Source of the DNA: Polyangiaceae bacterium
GTDB taxonomy: Bacteria; Myxococcota_A; Polyangia; Polyangiales; Polyangiaceae
Assembly (NCBI GenBank): GCA_044376115.1
Contig: JBILLK010000016.1
Span: forward strand, 96,001-160,000
Reading direction: 5' to 3'
DNA length: 64,000 nucleotides
The position numbers were made by a program, and so were the translations under genes. This document shows positions 60,262 through 64,000 of this stretch, one piece after another. How positions within the stretch are numbered: position 1 is the stretch's first letter; each line of letters begins with the position of its first letter. The notes under the pieces are model-generated. The model saw only the letters and a program-made list of their open reading frames with translations, was not told the origin of the DNA and did no database searches.

Positions 60262-60996
60262 ATGGCTCGCCTTCCCGCCTTTCTCCTGGCTCCCGTGTTC
60301 CTTGTCTCCTGCGCGCCGAACGCAGTCGCTCCGCAGCCCCAGCTAGCAGACTCCGTCGCTGACCAAGGGCACCAGGCGCTTGCACCAACACACGAGCGTC
60401 CGCGTCTCTCGCCGCCACCTGGCCTTCTCGCTTGGCCCAGCGAGGTGAGGGTGGTGGCACCAAGCTCGAGCTCGCGGCCCGAGGCCGAGCCAGAGGCAGC
60501 CGAAGGCCCAACCAGTCAGCCCCTAGCGTGCGGACTTCACAACCCCATGCCCGGCGGGTTTGCCGCTGGTTACCAAGCCGATACTGGGCTCGACCTCGCC
60601 GGCATGAATCAGCCCGTGTTTGCGTTGGCCGCGGGGTATGTCGACTATGCCGAAGAGGGGCACACTGCATGGCGCAGTCCCGGGGATGATGACCGCGCGA
60701 TCCGCATCGAACTCGATGAGCCTTTGCATACGGCAGCTGGACGAGTCACCCATGTGTGGTACGCGCACCTGGCCGAGTTGGCCTTCACCCAAGCCGAGGG
60801 TGCAACGTCTCGTCGGCGTGTCGCTGCTGGTCAGCTCCTAGGGACGAGCGGTCGCGCCAACGGCATGTACCACCTTCACCTTGGCCTCTTGCTCGATCAC
60901 GACACAACGCAAAACGGCGGGACCTTCCTGCTCGAGGATCAGGTCCGCGCCGTTCTCTGCAATCTGCGGCACAAGTCACGCTTGCCCGCTCATTGA
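60262..60996 (+). CDS. M23 peptidase-like lipoprotein
   Basis: LVSC lipobox; DTGLDL, PVFA...G.V, YAHL, V..GQ.LG.SG, HLH. Confidence 0.75.
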   Translation: MARLPAFLLAPVFLVSCAPNAVAPQPQLADSVADQGHQALAPTHERPRLSPPPGLLAWPSEVRVVAPSSSSRPEAEPEAAEGPTSQPLACGLHNPMPGGFAAGYQADTGLDLAGMNQPVFALAAGYVDYAEEGHTAWRSPGDDDRAIRIELDEPLHTAAGRVTHVWYAHLAELAFTQAEGATSRRRVAAGQLLGTSGRANGMYHLHLGLLLDHDTTQNGGTFLLEDQVRAVLCNLRHKSRLPAH

Positions 60997-61005
60997 GCTT
61001 GTTGG

Positions 61006-62220
61006 CTAGTTGTTGGCGTGGGTGAGCGGCGGCGCGACCGCATGAAAATCGCGCCGTATCTCCTCGAGGTAGCGAGCCAAGAGCTCATCGATACGGGCGG
61101 GTGAGGGCGAGCGCACGATCATGCCGATGTGGAACGCTTTGTTGAGCCGCCAGACCACCTCAGGATCGGCGAAGGCGGTGCTGTCAGGGTGCTCTTGGCG
61201 CGAGAGTGAGACCAAGATCCCTGCGTACTCGTCGCGCGTTGGCGGTGCGGTGTACGAACCGTTCTCTCCAGCTAGCTCGATCTTGGCCCACTCTGCCCAC
61301 GGGTTGAGCCCGGTTGCAGCCTCCAGCATGTCGGCGAGATGCGCTCCGCCTACGCGGGCGCTGGTCTCGAGGAAGTAGAGCAGGCCGTCATCGCGACCGC
61401 GGATGAACTCGGTGTGGCTTGCGCCGCGCACCAAGCGCATCGCCGTGAGCACCTGGGCGTTCATCTCGATCAGCGCCTGGGAGTCCGAAGTCCCTGTTGG
61501 CAGAATGCGTGACGTAAAGACGTCGCCTTGGTGCGAGACGTCGAGCGGCGGCCTGCCGTAGCGGCTCGCACGGACGAACAACACCTTGCCTTCGTGCACG
61601 AGCGAGTCGACGTGGAACACGTCACCCGCGACGTAGCGCTCGAGCAGAAACTCCGAGCGCTCGTCGCCCAACTTCTCGATGATCTGCCACAGCTCTTCAT
61701 GCGAGTGCGCCTTCTTGATGCCGATGGCTCCGGCGCTCGAGCGCGGCTTGACGACCCAAGGGGCGGGCACGCGGCTCGTGAACTCGCGGATGCGATCTTC
61801 GTTCAGCAGGTGGACGAAGTCCGGAACATTGATACCCGTGCTTTGGGCCCGCACACGCATCGCGAGCTTGTCGCGGAAGTAACGCGTCGTGGTCTCGCCC
61901 ATGCCGGGGATACGCAGGTGCTCGCGCAAGAGCGCCGCCGTCTCCAGATCGAAGTCGTCGAGCGGAACGATGCGGTCGAAATTTCTGGTGCGCGCGAGGT
62001 AGCTAACCGCGCGCTTGGTTTCATCGAGGTTCCACTTCTTGTCGACGTCTCGCATGAAGAAGAGTTCGTCGATCACATCGGTGGGAAATTGATGGCTGTG
62101 ACGCAGGCTCTCCGAGGTGATGAGTACGACTCTCCAGCCCTGCGCTTTGCACGACCGAAGGAAGTCGTGACCTTTGTCGTAGCTCGCGATAACTAAAACT
62201 GTCTTTTCTGAAGACGCCAT
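61006..62220 (-). CDS. ATP-grasp domain protein
   Basis: FRDKLAMR, PWVVKP.SSAGAIGI, LLE.YV.G...HVD, HTEF, FLE..AR.GG. Confidence 0.9.
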   Translation of the reverse strand: MASSEKTVLVIASYDKGHDFLRSCKAQGWRVVLITSESLRHSHQFPTDVIDELFFMRDVDKKWNLDETKRAVSYLARTRNFDRIVPLDDFDLETAALLREHLRIPGMGETTTRYFRDKLAMRVRAQSTGINVPDFVHLLNEDRIREFTSRVPAPWVVKPRSSAGAIGIKKAHSHEELWQIIEKLGDERSEFLLERYVAGDVFHVDSLVHEGKVLFVRASRYGRPPLDVSHQGDVFTSRILPTGTSDSQALIEMNAQVLTAMRLVRGASHTEFIRGRDDGLLYFLETSARVGGAHLADMLEAATGLNPWAEWAKIELAGENGSYTAPPTRDEYAGILVSLSRQEHPDSTAFADPEVVWRLNKAFHIGMIVRSPSPARIDELLARYLEEIRRDFHAVAPPLTHANN

Positions 62221-62255
62221 GGCGCCGCATCATAAGGGCAAGTGAAGACGCGCGA

Positions 62256-63356
62256 ATGAAGGTTTCCTGTAATTTCGAGGGCGGAAGGATTGAGGTTCAG
62301 GAGCTTGGGGCCCACGGCGCCACGCTGACCATTCCTCACGACGTCGGCGCCCCGCGTTTTCGACAGTGGTTCGCCTTTGACGTAAGCGGCCCGCCGGGGA
62401 CGCCGTTCGAGCTTTTCATCCACAACGCCCATGAATGCACCTGGGGGGACGCCTTCGGAGGAGCCTACAAAGTGTTTGCCTCGGACGGCCGGGCTTGGCG
62501 ACGGCTCGATTCGAGCCTGGCGGGCGGCAAGCTGATCATTCGCGGTACGCACGCCGCCCAGCGCCTTCGCCTCTGTTACTACCCGCCGTATCCGACGCAG
62601 CGGCTTTCGGCCCTACGCCGCCGCATCCGCATGGCCGGCGGCGCCGTCCGCCTGCTCGGCAAAACCCAGGCAGGCCGAGCCATCGAATGTTTGCAGCTCG
62701 GAAAGCAAGAGCGTCCCGTGTGGGTGATCGCGCAACAACACCCTGGCGAGGCGATGGCCGGCTGGTTCGTCGAAGGCCTCGTCGAGTTCTTGACCGGCGG
62801 TGGCGCGGCGGCGGGTGCGCTCTTGGAGACGGTTGGTTTCGCCATTATTCCGCGCATGAACCCAGACGGTGCTGCCGTCGGGAATCACCGCACCACTCCG
62901 CAAGGGCTGGATTTGAACCGGAAGTGGGCCCACGAGGCAGCGCCAGTCGAGGTGAGCGTGGCTCGCGCCGCGATGATCGAAAGCGGTGCAAGGTTCTTTC
63001 TCGACGTGCACGGCGATGAGCGGCTGCCTTGGGTGTTCGCCCAGCCGCCTGATGGTCTGCCGCCGTTGGCGGTCCGCAATCAGGTGGACGCCTTCCAAGC
63101 GGAGATGTTGCGGCTAACTCCTGACTACCAAACGAAGCATCGTTATCCGTACGATCCACGAGGGACACCGAGCTTGGCTTTCGCAACCAACTGGGTGCAC
63201 AACCAGTTCGGTATCCCGGCTCTCACGCTTGAGTTGCCCTTCTCGGACCACCTCGGCCGGCCGGATCCGCGTGGATTTTTCCCAGCGCGAGCTCGCAGGT
63301 TGGGCGCTCGTGTTGCGCGCGGGCTCGGCGTAGCGCTGCTACCACAACAAGGCTGA
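62256..63356 (+). CDS. M14 cytosolic carboxypeptidase (CCP/Nna1-like)
   Basis: N-terminal NFEGG.I...QWF.F, Y.PPY, QQHPGE, NPDG...GN.R....G.DLNR.W, DVHGDE, TLELPF. Confidence 0.9.
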   Translation: MKVSCNFEGGRIEVQELGAHGATLTIPHDVGAPRFRQWFAFDVSGPPGTPFELFIHNAHECTWGDAFGGAYKVFASDGRAWRRLDSSLAGGKLIIRGTHAAQRLRLCYYPPYPTQRLSALRRRIRMAGGAVRLLGKTQAGRAIECLQLGKQERPVWVIAQQHPGEAMAGWFVEGLVEFLTGGGAAAGALLETVGFAIIPRMNPDGAAVGNHRTTPQGLDLNRKWAHEAAPVEVSVARAAMIESGARFFLDVHGDERLPWVFAQPPDGLPPLAVRNQVDAFQAEMLRLTPDYQTKHRYPYDPRGTPSLAFATNWVHNQFGIPALTLELPFSDHLGRPDPRGFFPARARRLGARVARGLGVALLPQQG

Positions 63357-63474
63357 GCAGGCGTCGGAGTGAGTCCAAGTACGACCGTTCTTCGCCGACC
63401 CGATTCTCCAGCAGACTTTTGTCGCGGCCGTTCTCATAAGCGCGCGTAGCATCGAACCCCTACACGGAGGCCGC

Positions 63475-64000
63475 ATGCCGACGCTCGACTTCACCTGTGC
63501 GATTGGGAACCCGTTCGACATTCGACGATTCACCGTTCGCGAATCGCTTCATAAGCTGTTCTCGGTTGATCTTCTCGTCGTAGCGGAGGACTACAACATC
63601 GACCTTTCCGCCGTCGTTGGGCAGCCCGCGAGCTTCCGCATCGACACGGGCTACGTGCGGGTGGGGGCAACCAAACGCGGTTGGTCTGGCGTCTGCAACT
63701 ACGTCGAGCAGGTGCAGGGGATGGAAGTCGGGAGGCACGGCACGCGCGTGCTCTCGACCTACAAACTGCAGGTGGTGCCGGAGCTCTGGATGCTCGGTCG
63801 GCGCAGGAACCACCGCATCTTTCAGCGCCTGTCGATCCCGGACATCATCGACAAGCTGCTCGGCGAGTGGGGGCTCGAACCGACCTGGAAGATCGAGCGC
63901 GGCAAGTACCCGAAGCTCGAATACAAGAGCCAATACGGCGAGACCGATTACGCCTTCTTCTCTCGCCTACTGGAGGAAGCCGGCATCACGTACATCCTCG
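63475..64000 (+). CDS. vgrG: Type VI secretion tip protein VgrG (5' part, runs off the window)
   Basis: Absent from ORF track; GGAGG RBS; manual translation MPTLDF...F.VRESLHKLF...YKLQVVPELWML.RR.NHRIFQ.LSIPDII..LL...YPKLEY..QYGETDYAF.SRLLEEAGI.Y. Confidence 0.93.
   Translation, partial: MPTLDFTCAIGNPFDIRRFTVRESLHKLFSVDLLVVAEDYNIDLSAVVGQPASFRIDTGYVRVGATKRGWSGVCNYVEQVQGMEVGRHGTRVLSTYKLQVVPELWMLGRRRNHRIFQRLSIPDIIDKLLGEWGLEPTWKIERGKYPKLEYKSQYGETDYAFFSRLLEEAGITYIL

Overview
GC-rich 64 kb window that reads as chromosomal DNA of a myxobacterium, probably of the Sorangium/Polyangium type. That assignment is inferred from the multi-domain Ser/Thr kinases, RCC1 and Cys-rich lipoproteins, a DnaK paralogue and a PilZ protein; no marker was searched. 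In order it holds: an aldehyde dehydrogenase with a divergent GAF-type sigma54 activator, several hypothetical genes, an MFS transporter, ArsR-SRPBCC, a kinase-RCC1 protein, HupE/UreJ, mfd, a PilZ protein, a kinase-STAND-TPR/patatin operon, a molybdenum cofactor cluster, lgt, an RRM protein, rpmG, mreBCD-mrdA-rodA, a rhomboid, an ECF sigma module, J-protein/dnaK, an M1 peptidase, tRNA-Phe, dapE/dapD, lipoproteins, an ATP-grasp/M14 pair and the start of vgrG. The three genes missing from the ORF track (aldB-like, rpmG, vgrG) were translated by hand. The best candidate for an undescribed element is a compact minus-strand unit at about 3607-3750: an inverted repeat, a correctly spaced sigma54 -24/-12 box, and an approximately 52-nt single hairpin with an 8-cytosine loop and a U8 tail, i.e. 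a putative Pxr-like small RNA. Other leads are a NarM-like/MoaC fusion, a perfect 36-bp operator palindrome, a J-protein/DnaK/partner module sharing a winged-helix-like domain, and two divergent pairs (rhomboid/ECF and ATP-grasp/carboxypeptidase). All family calls come from motif recognition by eye; no database searches were run.
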